A DNA stretch of 63,188 nt, the filler included, from Octopus bimaculoides (Eukaryota), in NCBI RefSeq assembly GCF_001194135.2. It is 5 parts of 5 records of this genome, joined end to end, with 100 filler letters (N's around TTAATTAATTAA, not from the genome) between each part and the next. Parts side by side here need not be neighbours in the genome. Positions count along the whole stretch, not along the records: positions 51,638 to 57,790 come from NC_069000.1; positions 57,891 to 63,188 come from NC_069010.1; 3 more parts are not named here. The stretch is one strand, 5' to 3'. Within the stretch, counting starts at the first letter, position 1, and every line of letters starts with the position of its first letter. Of the stretch, positions 51,652 to 62,904 are shown piece after piece. The translations under genes and the position numbers were made by a program. The notes below the pieces were generated by a model. The model did no database searches. It worked only from the letters and a program-made list of their open reading frames with translations, and was not told where the DNA came from.

Positions 51652-52973
51652 CAGGGGTTGGACAAAATAATGAAAACACCTCAAAATTTCAGACAAATTT
51701 ATTGTAATATGGGGTAGGACCGCCTTTGACAGTAATTTGAGTTTGAATTCTACGAGGTGTCGACTCGTACAAAGTTTGAATTATTTCCAAAGGAATTTTT
51801 GTCCATTCTCCCGTTAAACAGTCTCCAGTTCTTTTAGTGATTATGGTGGAGGATGTTGACTTCTTACTTGTTTTTCTAAAATGCACCATAAATGTTCAAT
51901 AATATTGAGATCTGGGGGACTGTGGTGGCCAGATAAGAGGTTCAACTTCACTAGAATGTTCCTTGTGCCATTNNNNNNNNNNATTGAGATCTGGGGGACT
52001 GTGGTGGCCAGATAAGAGGTTCAACTTCACTAGAATGTTCCTTGTGCCATTCAGTAACAACTTTAGCTATGTGAATTGGTGCATTGTCATCCTGAAAGAT
52101 TGCATTTCCCTGCGGAAACAGTTCCGCAACCATAGAATGAATTTGATCAGATAAAATGCTTAAATAGTCTTGACTATTAATTCTGCTGTGAAGGGAAACC
52201 ATTGGGCCGTCGGATTTCCAAGATATAGCCCCCCATATCATCAAAGATCCTCTCTAGGTCAAATGCTTCTTTTGGTTATCTCCACACGTATACTCGGCCG
52301 GTGGTTAGAAATAAGGTAATGGATGACTCGTCCGAGAAAATAACATTCTTCCACTGCTCTAGGGACCAATTCTGTAGGATTATACTCCACGCTAAACGCT
52401 TTTCAACGTTTGTTTATGAAAGTAGTTCTTTTCTGATTGCAGCCCGCCCAAATCCGGATTTGTGCAGCTCCCGGCGAACAGTTTTTGTGCAAACTGGGTT
52501 CTCGAGGTTGTCATTAAGTTCCGCAATAATTTTGAGAACTGTACTTTTGTGATCCTTTCTAGCAATTCGCATAAGAGTCCGACGTCTCTATCTGAAAGTT
52601 TTGGTTTTCTTCCGGAGTTTTCTTTTCGATGGAGAGGTTTATCCTTCTTTCTCAAAGGCTGTCAATACTTTCGAGACAGTACTTCTTGATACACCAAACA
52701 TTTCGGCCGTTTTCGTTACCCTAGCGCCTGTCATACGAGCACCAATAATTTGACCTCTTTGAAAGTCTAATAGATCTGTTATTTTAATACATTTTAATTA
52801 CGTTTTTCTGATGATATCTGAAAAAAAACCCAGCAATTTTAGCAAAACATATTAAGCAACACTAATAATAAATCAAAAAACATAAAAATAAACAAGCTTT
52901 TGATGGTTTTGTAGATATTTCAAAATTATTATGCTATGATGCTAAGTGTTTCCCTTAGTTTGTCCAACTCCTG
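51652..52973 (-). mobile_element. Near full-length decayed Tc1-type transposon
   Basis: TIRs caggggttggacaaa..aacac / gtgtt..tttgtccaactcctg with TA on both sides; broken transposase: VIFSDES, MMIWGAIS, IFQDDNAPIH, WPPQSP. Confidence 0.93.
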
Positions 52974-55168
52974 TATATATATATGAATTAGAAGCACTCG
53001 AGGTATATAAACAAAAAACATAATCGATCAAACCTAGAAAATATGTGTCTTGTTAGTTCGTGGGTCGGCTGCGTTTTAGGCGTAAGAGAATATATTCTCA
53101 ACGCGTCTGGTGTTAAAACCACCTGAAAGTAAGTCATACTCAAGCCTTTCTCCACATACAAATATTAATTCATACATGTATAATCATCCCTGAATTAATA
53201 CTGAACACAAAATATCGTTTATCCATTACATTTACTTGTTTCAATCATTGGAGTGTGGCCATGCTGGGGCACTGTCTTAAGGGGTTTTAATCGAACGGAT
53301 AAACCTCAGTACTTATATTTTTAAACCTGGTACTTATTCTATCAGTCTCATTCAGCGAGCTGCGAACTTCCGGGGACGTAAAAGAAGTACCATTTATTAA
53401 GCGGTAGGCGTGAACAAATACAAACACAATGACATACATACATCGACTCCAGTACTTATCATTTAAACCCTGGTATTTATTCTATCGGTGTCTCTTGCCG
53501 AACCGCTAGGTTAAGGCGTCCTAAACACCCTAGCACCGGTTGTCAAGGGGTGGTGAGAGACAAACACAGGCACAAATATACACACACACTCTCTCTCATA
53601 CACACACAAACATACACATATACGATGAGCTTCTTTCAGTTTTGTTCTACCAAATCCACTTACAAGGCTTTAATCGGCCCGAGGCTATAGTAGAAGACAC
53701 TTTTCAAAGGTACTACGCATGCGTATTGAAGCCGGATTAATGTGGTTGGAAAGCAAGTTTCTTGCCACGCCTGCACATGAGTACGTATAAATATATTAAT
53801 ATATGGGTGTGTGTGTATTCACTGTATCCTTACAAACAGCCTTTTTATTGTAGAAAACGACTAACAAGTGTTATACCTACCTACCTACCTACATTCCTAC
53901 CTACCTACCTACCTACCTACCTACATTCCTACCTACCTACCTACCTACATACATACATACATACATACATACATGCATGTATTCATGCACACATGCATAA
54001 ATACACACACACACGCATCATACATATGTGTGTGTCTGAATGTATATATCGTTATTAGGACAGAGAAAAACAGAAATTTAAAGAGAATACAAGGTGGAGG
54101 AAAGTGGAGGAAAAGGAAAAGAAGAAACAGGAAGACAGAGAAAGTAAGAAGTGGGGAACCAATTAAAAATATAGATGTGGAAATGGGTGAAAGCAATGAT
54201 AACAGGGAATTCCAAATAGGGAAGGTGGAGTGATAAGTAGGAGGAGCAGATTTTGAAGGGTATTATGACAAGGTTAGAAGTCGGACAGAAGATAACCCAC
54301 AAATGGGGTGGGACAAGGAGAAGGCTGAGTGTGGTAGGATACAAAAGAGGAAGGATGATAAAGAGGCGGGTGGAGACGGGTAGGTGATGTGGATAAGGTA
54401 TTTTAAGAAGAGAAAGCGATGAAGAGCTGGGGGAGAGAGTATGCAGGTCAAAGAGATGTGGGAAGGAGTAGCGTGACCAGGAGTGGGTGGATGGGTAATC
54501 AATGTCAACGTTTAAGTATATACTTATAGACGTGTCGGAAATTTTTTAACGAATGTTACAGAGGTGGCTTTGTGAATTATATTGGCTAATTTATGAGGAA
54601 TGTATTTAAACTGTTTTTAACACTGTGTTCTACTATCACTACTATTAATTGATCTGAATTATATACACATACATACATATAATTTCGTTTATTTTCTACT
54701 GGTCAATGGAAAATGCCCCTAGAAAGATTAACTATCGTGGAACTACATTGTAAATAGTTGACGATAAAACAATAAAGATTACGTGGTACTGCACCTTGCA
54801 TCATAGCCAAACATTATTAGGTTACCATCGTGTTGGTAAGACTCTTAATCAAAATATAAAGAACCGCACTCAGACAACTCTGATCAAAAGGTTAAAGTAG
54901 TGGTTAAACATTTTGATTAACAGCATAATTCTCCTGAATTAAAAACCATGGCTCAATAGCAACAATATATTGAATCAAGCCTACGCAATTCTATACCAGT
55001 TTCTATTTGAATGCATTCATAATTTTATTAGAAAAACTGAAATATTTCCTTTGTTTGCAAGTGTTTTGTATTTTGTACATACAGGAATTTGTACGCATTT
55101 ATTGTACATTCCTGCTTGATTTCTATCAACAATTGTGGCGGATTTATTTACTCTGACTACATAGATAC

Positions 55169-55196
55169 ACTAGCAGGACCCGTGAATATTTAACGG
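55169..55196 (-). mobile_element. Helitron-type 3' terminus (hairpin then CTAG|T)
   Basis: Minus strand ccgttaaatattcacgg-gtcctg-CTAG-t; upstream extent undetermined. Confidence 0.5.
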
Positions 55197-56320
55197 AATT
55201 AATGGTAAACCAATTGGGTTATTTCTGAAAACTTTATCCAAAAAAACCTGAGGTTGTGTTGTATCTGTATGGAAAAACAGTCGTTCATCTGTTACTCATT
55301 GAAAAGTGAAAGACATTGGAATGCGATGATTACTTAATGCACTTTATATATATACATACTTTATGCACAACTTTATAGACTTAATACACAACACTCATAA
55401 AATAAATATTCGCTCTCATTTTTCTATTTTTCCTATAAAGAAACACAAAAATATATCCCGTATACATGATACAACCTTTAGTTAAATTGCATATGTCTGC
55501 CACATAAATACGCTTGGATATTAAGTGATAGGTGAAATAAAAAAAAAACTTAGTTCAATATGAAAGAAATACATATTTCACTATCCAATCACCACCAACA
55601 AACTATCCCCACCATCACCACTACTACCACAACCATCATTATCACTCTCCCCTCTCTCTACTTCTTCTCTCTCTCTCTTCCCTCTCTCTACATCTTCCCA
55701 CTCTACTCCGCTCTCTGCCTTTCTTTAACCTTACCATTAGAACATTAACTCTCTGCTAAAATTGTATTTTTAACTCTCCTCCTCTACCTTCAACTAACTT
55801 TTTAAACCACGTAATATTATGTTCCCTCTATCTCACGTCATGGACACTTCTCACTCCTTCTTTTTCTTTCTCCCTCTTTCCGTCTCACTCTTCACCTTAT
55901 CCTTTTTTTTACATTCGCTCACGTCATGGACGTTTCTTCCTTCCTCCCTCCCTCCCTCCCTCGTTTTCTACACACACACACGCACATATATATGTGTATG
56001 TGTGTTGCAATGTCCTGTACCCAGATATGCACCTATATATACAGGTAGACGTAGGTATGCACGTACCTGTACGTATATATGCATATACTCATTTATTATT
56101 TGTTATACNNNNNNNNNNNNNNNNNNNNNNNNNNNNNNNNNNNNNNNNNNNNNNNNNNNNNNNNNNNNNNNNNNNNNNNNTCTTTCTCCCTCTTTCCGTC
56201 TCACTCTTCACCTTATCCTTTTTTTTACATTCGCTCACGTCATGGACGTTTCTTCCTTCCTCCCTCCCTCCCTCCCTCGTTTTCTACACACACACACGCA
56301 CATATATATGTGTATGTGTG

Positions 56321-57300
56321 TTGCAATGTCCTGTACCCAGATATGCACCTATATATACAGGTAGACGTAGGTATGCACGTACCTGTACGTATATATGCAT
56401 ATACTCATTTATTATTTGTTATACACGATCGAACGTCCGCGTCATTCCCTGTGAGTAATTTTTTAACTTTATATTTTCTGACGCGACTCTATCTATCTCT
56501 ATCTCTATAACTTTTTTCGCCCTCTCGTTCTTCCTTCTATTACTACTACGTATCTCTCTCTTTACCCCTCTCGTTCTTCCTTCTGTTACTACTACGTATC
56601 TCTCTCTTTACCCCTCTCGTTCTTCCTTCTATTACTACTACGTATCTCTCTCTTTACCCCTCTCGTTCTTCCTTCTGTTACTACTATATCTCTCCCTTTC
56701 CCCCTCTCATTCTTCCTTCTGTTACTACTATATTTCATCTTCCTCTCTTTCTCTCGTTGCTCACCGATTTTCTACTTCCTCCCCTTGTTTCTTCCTTTAC
56801 CACTCTCTCTCTTCCTTACCCCTCGCTGGTCACATGTGTCCACTTACTAATTCTTTTCTTCCTTGGCTATCGCCGAGCAAACACGCGAACTTACTTCGTC
56901 CCGCTTGCAGTTCGTTGCTTCACAGCGTTCCATATACACATAATCTTTCCCGTCTGGCGTATAGCCTTTTCCGTTTGTTTTCCTGTCTTGTCCGCCACTA
57001 CATTCCTCAATGGTACAAGTTTAATTTGTGTATACAAATTTAATTTGTGGTCCGTTGGAAGAGCCATTTTAACGATGCGTCTTGCCCTACGCTTCGAAAC
57101 GCCTGTGTTAGAATGGGGGTAGCTGATGAAGGAAGATGTTCTCTATGTGGCCTGTGTGTGTTCTGTACTCTGGTTATTATTATATTTTTGTCTACGTTTT
57201 GTTTGCAATGTCCTGTACCCAGATATGCACCTATATATACAGGTAAACGTAGGTATGCACATACCTGTACGCATATATGCATATACTCATTTATTATTTG

Positions 57301-57305
<5 letters not shown>
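56321..57305. repeat. ~1-kb segment bounded by ~103-bp direct repeats, containing a 46-bp minisatellite
   Basis: Repeats at 56321-56423 and 57203-57305; 46-bp unit about 4.7 times at 56521-56735. Confidence 0.55.
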
Positions 57306-57358
<53 letters not shown>

Positions 57359-57747
57359 CGGACTTCTTTCAGTTTCCGTCTACCAAATCCACTCACAAGG
57401 CTTTAGTCGGACTGAAGCTATAGTAGAAGACACTTGCCCAAGGTTGATATTTCCTATTCCTTTATGTATGTATGTATGTATGTATGTATGTATGTATGTA
57501 TGTATGTATGTATGTATGTATATACGTGCGTACCTACGTGCGTATGTACGTAGTGAAATTCTAGTTTCGCTCGGCAAATCTTGAAGTCCCAGCCAATCTG
57601 ATCATCACAATAAATTAGTCTACTCTTAGTATAGAGTCAGCCAAACGAAAGCACTATGTTTTTAGTCTTGCTTTGAAATTATAGCTTTATATCAACACAT
57701 ACGCCCCTACACCCACACTCGCACACAAATATGTATGTATACATACA

Positions 57748-57783
<36 letters not shown>

Positions 57784-57890
57784 TATATATNNNNNNNNNN
57801 NNNNNNNNNNNNNNNNNNNNNNNNNNNNNNNNNNTTAATTAATTAANNNNNNNNNNNNNNNNNNNNNNNNNNNNNNNNNNNNNNNNNNNN

Positions 57891-57961
<71 letters not shown>

Positions 57962-58922
57962 ATTACAGAGTACAGTGTCTGCAAGTTGATGAGTACCTCA
58001 TATTCCCCTCCATTTTCTTATTGCTATCCTTGGTACATTTAGGTATATTTGAAAAAGGAAAAGAATGATTTCAATGGTAGTTCTAATCAATTTAATTTTC
58101 TGCCAGTGCTGCCGAACTGGCTCCTGTGCAGGTGGCACGTAAAATACAACATTTGAGCGTGGCTGTTGCCAGTACCGCCTGACTGGCCTTTGTGCCGGTG
58201 GCACGTAAAAGCACCTACTACACTCTCGGAGTGGTTGGCGTTAGGAAGAGCATCCAGCTGTAGAAACTCTGCCAAATCAGATTGGAGCCTGGTGCAGCCA
58301 TCTGGTTTCACCAGTCCTCAGTCAAATCATCCAACCCATGCTAGCTTGGAAAGCGGACGTTAAACGACGATGATGATGATGAATAATATAATATAATTTT
58401 ATAGTTTGACTTACTAGATTTACAAGCCAAATTGTAAAATTATATATTATTGTTAGAAAATTAAATTGATTAGAACTACCAGTGAAGTCATTCTTTTCCT
58501 TTTCCTAATATGTGCGTGTGTACATATGTATGTATGTATGTATATGTGGTGTGATATGTATGTACTACTCAGCTGGCAAAAACGTGATGTACCCTGCATT
58601 TCAAACTGCCAGCCTTGCTTTTTCCTGTGCCATGCTAAATCTCCCTGAGAACTACAGTGTACACGTGTCTGTGGAGTGCTCAGCCACTTGCGTGTTAATC
58701 TCACAAGCAGGTAGTACCATTGATCAGATCAACTGGCACCTTCGTTCTCATTACTGATAGGCTGCCAGTCTCTCACTCTTTCTATATATATATATATACA
58801 TAGATATATACATAATTAGAAATATAATATTTCTAATTTTGCTGATCAGTGAATGAACTTCACTATGATTTACATAAGTTTGTGAAGGAGAAACAGGCTT
58901 CTCTATCCAGCTGGTAAGCTAC

Positions 58923-58965
58923 TTCAGGCTGATGACGGGCAAAGACTCAGAAACATGTCCCTGAA
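58923..58965 (+). ncRNA. Minimal type I hammerhead ribozyme, copy 1 (weakened stem II); predicted cleavage after C58959
   Basis: ttcagg-CTGATGA-cggg-caaaga-ctca-GAAA-CATG-TC-cctgaa; stem I 6 bp perfect; stem II has a C/A mismatch and a G.U pair. Confidence 0.8.
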
Positions 58966-59269
58966 TGCTGGCTAGGCTGGGTGGGGGAGCTTGTCTCCCC
59001 TTCACAAACTTAAGGACACAGTAATTGTGTCAAGGCCGACAGGAAGCGGTCCAGCTTCCTAGGGCTAAACGGCAGTAGTGTATTCCCTTCTTGGGATTGT
59101 CACATTAAGTTGATAATATACTACAACGTTATCGCACCACTACTGCTTAAATCTCTCTGAGTGATTTAGAAATATAATATTTCTAATTTTGCTAATCAGT
59201 GAATAAACTTCACTGATTATATAAGTTTGCGAGAGCTAGACAAACTTCTTCAGCCAGCTGGTAAGCTAC

Positions 59270-59312
59270 TTCAGGCTGATGATGAGCAAAGACTCAGAAA
59301 CATGTCCCTGAA
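59270..59312 (+). ncRNA. Minimal type I hammerhead ribozyme, copy 2 (intact); predicted cleavage after C59306
   Basis: ttcagg-CTGATGA-tgag-caaaga-ctca-GAAA-CATG-TC-cctgaa; all conserved core nucleotides, stem I 6 bp, stem II 4 bp, palindromic CATG in helix III. Confidence 0.88.
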
Positions 59313-59610
59313 TGCTGGCTAGGCTGGGTGGGGGAGCTTGTCTCCCCTTCACAAACTTAAGGACACAGTAATTGTGTCAAGGCCGACAGGAAGCGGTCCA
59401 GCTTCCTAGGGCTAAACAGCAGTAGTGTATTCCCTTATTGGGATTGTCACATTAAGTTGACAATATACTACAACTTTATATATACATATTTATGGGTCAA
59501 TACATATATTAGCCTATAAATGAATCTATGTATAAGTACATAAATATATATAGTTATAATAACAACCACATCAACAAATAAGGAAAATGGTAAATACTGC
59601 TAATACTTAC

Positions 59611-59758
59611 AGTTAATGTTGACAAATTGTTCTGTCAACGAGAGAACGGTTGGGGAAGCACTGCTTAGAAAGAGTCCCAGAAAGCATGATCCAAGGTAGA
59701 TACCTATGTGGTTACCACTTAGTATAATCGTTAGTGTTATAGAGACACACACACCAAC
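59611..59758 (-). CDS. MFSD4A: MFSD4-like MFS transporter exon (last found): VGVCVSITLTIILSGNHIGIYLGSCFLGLFLSSASPTVLSLTEQFVNIN
   Basis: cttcttcag|GTT acceptor, T|gtaagt donor; 148 bp, phase 0 to 1; LGLFLSS..PT.LS..E pattern of MFSD4A-like proteins. Confidence 0.8.
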
Positions 59759-60424
59759 CTGAAGAAGAGATGATGAAAAGGAGATGAAGTAGAAACAAGC
59801 AACAGAAGATGAAATGGAGACGAAACGCAGACAAGCAACTGGAGGTGAAGTGGAGACAAGCAACAGGTGATGAAGTAGAGAAAGTCAACAGGAGGCCCTG
59901 GTGTAGCTAGGTGGTGGGTGGGGGGGTGCTAGGAGCGTCCTGCCCCCCCNNNNNNNNNNNNNNNNNNNNNNNNNNNNNNNNNNNNNNNNNNNNNNNNNNN
60001 NNNNNNNNNNNNNNNNNNNNNNNNNNNNNNNNNNNNNNNNNNNNNNNNNNNNNNNNNNNNNNNNNNNNNNNNNNNNNNNNNNNNNNNNNNNNNNNNNNNN
60101 NNNNNNNNNNNNNNNNNNNNNNNNNNNNNNNNNNNNNNNNNNNNNNNNNNNNNNNNNNNNNNNNNNNNNNNNNNNNNNNNNNNNNNNNNNNNNNNNNNNN
60201 NNNNNNNNNNNNNNNNNNNNNNNNNNNNNNNNNNNNNNNNNNNNNNNNNNNNNNNNNNNNNNNNNNNNNNNNNNNNNNNNNNNNNNNNNNNNNNNNNNNN
60301 NNNNNNNNNNNNNNNNNNNNNNNNNNNNNNNNNNNNNNNNNNNNNNNNNNNNNNNNNNNNNNNNNNNNNNNNNNNNNNNNNNNNNNNNNNNNNNNNNNNN
60401 NNNTGATGATGATGATAGTGATGA

Positions 60425-60458
<34 letters not shown>

Positions 60459-60664
60459 GGTGGTGGTGGTGGTTGTGGTGGTGATGACAAGGAGGAGGAG
60501 GAGGGTATCCAGCCATAAAAAGCCAAGCCAAATCAGACGACAGAACTCAATAGAAAATCTGCCTCAACAAACTCCGTCCGACCTATGCAAACATGGAAAA
60601 CGGAGCGTTGAATGATGGTGATTGATTGGAAAAATGACAAAAGAATGACGTGGAATATACTTAC

Positions 60665-60745
60665 AATGTTAACAAGCAACATGAAAGCAGCGGTGAACCT
60701 CGACGCCAACACAATGGCAATGAGACGGCCAAGAGCAAAAGTACC
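60665..60745 (-). CDS. MFSD4A: MFSD4-like MFS transporter exon: GTFALGRLIAIVLASRFTAAFMLLVNI
   Basis: tattttcag|GGT acceptor, ATT|gtaagt donor; 81 bp, phase 0 to 0; FWG...LGRL motif of MFS TM8. Confidence 0.8.
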
Positions 60746-60932
60746 CTGAAAATACAAGACATGAGTGTAATTAAGAAAAATGAAAACACCATATATGGGT
60801 ATGTGTATATTTATACAGCCTACAGCCACGTGTGTGTATACAGTCATGGCCAAAAGTTTGAAATGTAGGTCTGAAAATTAGAAATTCCAAAATGCCCAAA
60901 ATTATATTTAATTTGCAATTTATTATTATTTA

Positions 60933-61132
60933 CAGTTCTATATTTAAGAGATGAGGAATTATTTACATTATTTACATTTGATGGCTATTTGTCCTCATCT
61001 TGTTTGTTGTTAACACGTTTCGGCTGTTATACCCTCCAGCCTTTATCAAGGGCATGTGGTGTAGCGGTTAAGAGTGCAGGCTACTAACCCCAAGATTCTG
61101 AGTTCGTCCCAGGCAGTGACCTGAATAATAAT
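60933..61132. mobile_element. Same SINE family: inverted tail (60933-61050, -) fused to tRNA-like head (61051-61132, +)
   Basis: cagttctatatttaagagatgagg...ccctccagcc followed by ggcatgtggtgtagcggttaagagtgcaggctactaacccc. Confidence 0.8.
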
Positions 61133-61278
61133 GGTTGTGTGGTATTATGGTTTTGGGAGTTACAATAATGCTTGCCTAGAGATTGCAGTGACATGAAACT
61201 TGTAGTGTTGGTAGTGAAGTGGTGTTGATCTACCGTTAAGGTGGTAGCAGAGTATTAGTCCTGGACAGAGATACTCAC

Positions 61279-61371
61279 CCAAAAACAAGCATTGAGTACG
61301 GCCCCTTCTGACTGCTTTAGTCCTGTCACAGATTTCACAGAATACGAATATACATAGCCTCCGTAAGATGA
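61279..61371 (-). CDS. MFSD4A: MFSD4-like MFS transporter exon: SSYGGYVYSYSVKSVTGLKQSEGAVLNACFW
   Basis: tttttttcag|TCA acceptor, TGG|gtgagt donor; 93 bp, phase 0 to 0; YG.F/YVYSYAV...L...FW pattern typical of the MFSD4 family. Confidence 0.8.
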
Positions 61372-61761
61372 CTGAAAAAAAAATGGAGAAAAAGTTACAG
61401 TAAATGGGTGTATATATAATGAATAAGGTGTACATAGGATTGAAATCAGTATATATTGTTGAGTTAGAGATCTCGGTGTTTGTGAACATGTGGTTGAATC
61501 GGTGTGTTGGTTGAACTGTCGATGCATATGCCCAAGTGTGTGCATCTAGAATCTCAGATCGAGAATTTCTGGAATGTCTTACAGATCTTTATTGTGCCAC
61601 TAATAGATTGGATCTGGAGAATCCGCATCAGTTTCTTTTGCTTTTTGTTTCCCATGAAACCGAGTTTTTATAAGTTTTTGTGCAAACTTGTTAGGTACAT
61701 AACCTGATGCACCTATATTGATATATATGTATGTGTACATATATATGCGAGAAAAACTTAC

Positions 61762-61880
61762 CTGTAAGCCATCAAATAAAAACATGGCCCCAGCAGCAAG
61801 AAGTGTCAGAATAATGGTTTGATTTGATCCACAAGTGAAACACCTCGAAGTAAATGATTTGCCTTCATCTTTTGGAATTT
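61762..61880 (-). CDS. MFSD4A: MFSD4-like MFS transporter exon: IPKDEGKSFTSRCFTCGSNQTIILTLLAAGAMFLFDGLQ
   Basis: tttcttttag|AA acceptor, CAG|gtaagt donor; 119 bp; TM segment ending FLFDGLQ; phase-compatible with next exon. Orthology to MFSD4A vs MFSD4B-like is by recalled similarity only. Confidence 0.75.
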
Positions 61881-62904
61881 CTAAAAGAAAAATTATAAAT
61901 ATAAAAATCATAAGTATAAAAAAATTTATATAAATATCAAAACATGTGTGTGTGTGTTAGCAAGGGCATCCAGCCATAGAAACCATGCCAAATCAGACTG
62001 GAGTCTGATGTAGCCCCACCCCACCAGATGGAGTAATTTTTTTGCTGAATTATCTATCACTTTATATATACATATACATATACATACATATATGTCTGTG
62101 TTTAGCTCTTCAAAACGCCATTTTTCTCCGTGTTTTTCTCCTTGTTTCCGTATTCATTTTGTTGAAGAGCGTAGCTCGAAACGTCAAAGACTTTCCGTAT
62201 TCCCGAGCGTTATACTAATACATCCTTTTGTTATTTACACCACCTGTCCTCGTCTGTTGTTGTTTTTTCATACATTCTCCCATATATATATATATATATA
62301 TANNNNNNNNNNNNNNNNNNNNNNNNNNNNNNNNNNNNNNNNNNNNNNNNNNNNNNNNNNNNNNNNNNNNNNNNNNNNNNNNNNNNNNNNNNNNNNNNNN
62401 NNNNNNNNNNNNNNNNNNNNNNNNNNNNNNNNNNNNNNNNNNNNNNNNNNNNNNNNNNNNNNNNNNNNNNNNNNNNNNNNNNNNNNNNNNNNNNNNNGGG
62501 GGGGGGGGTTTCACAAAGCAGCTTTATCACAATCAACACCCCATTCTCTTTCTAGGTCGCACAAACTAAGTACTTCTGACCCAAAGTGGGCACAGGTGGC
62601 GCCGGCGGCATAGGCGGCAGCAATGGTGGTAGTGGTGGTATAGTGGTGGTATGGCAGCAGTGGTGGTATGGTGGCAGTGGTGGTATGGTGGTAGCGGCAG
62701 CGGAGTGTGATGGTTGTAACCAGCGAAACTGGTTCAGTTTCTAGACCAATCCAATTTGGAGAGAGAGAAAATGAGCAAAAATAAGAGAGAGAAAGAGAGA
62801 GAGAGAAGGAGAGAGAGAAAGAACTAGTGTTAAATTATCCATGGTGTCTGTTTCTGGAGCCAGGCTCCATATATGCTTATTATATATATCAAATGTGGAT
62901 GTAT

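Larger units (their letters stand above)
58816..59474 (+). mobile_element. Tandem ~350-bp repeat (1.9 copies), one hammerhead ribozyme per unit; candidate non-LTR retrozyme or Penelope pLTR array
   Basis: Unit 1 58816-59165, unit 2 59166-59474, near identical except a diverged ~30-nt patch; each contains CTGATGA..GAAACATGTC with flanking stems. Confidence 0.85.

Noticed and set aside
51904-52052. Exact duplications flanking small gaps (also ~19010/19750, 41608/41655, 55864/56181, 40960/41010)
   Set aside because: Each pair straddles an N run: unmerged contig overlaps, not biological tandem repeats.
56521-56735. Regular 46-bp and 19-bp (33404-33481) repeats as CRISPR-like arrays
   Set aside because: Head-to-tail units without unique spacers in eukaryotic DNA; ordinary minisatellites.
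56895-57010. Minus-strand open frame ending at a gtaagt donor (ECSGG...CKRDE)
   Set aside because: No convincing acceptor, no recognisable family, and it lies inside a repeat-like unit.
62161-62190. Hammerhead-like TTGAAGA-gcgtagctc-GAAACGTC (related decayed copy at ~45484)
   Set aside because: C3 is mutated and the stem II register is non-canonical; likely a Penelope-derived repeat, but not supportable as an active ribozyme.
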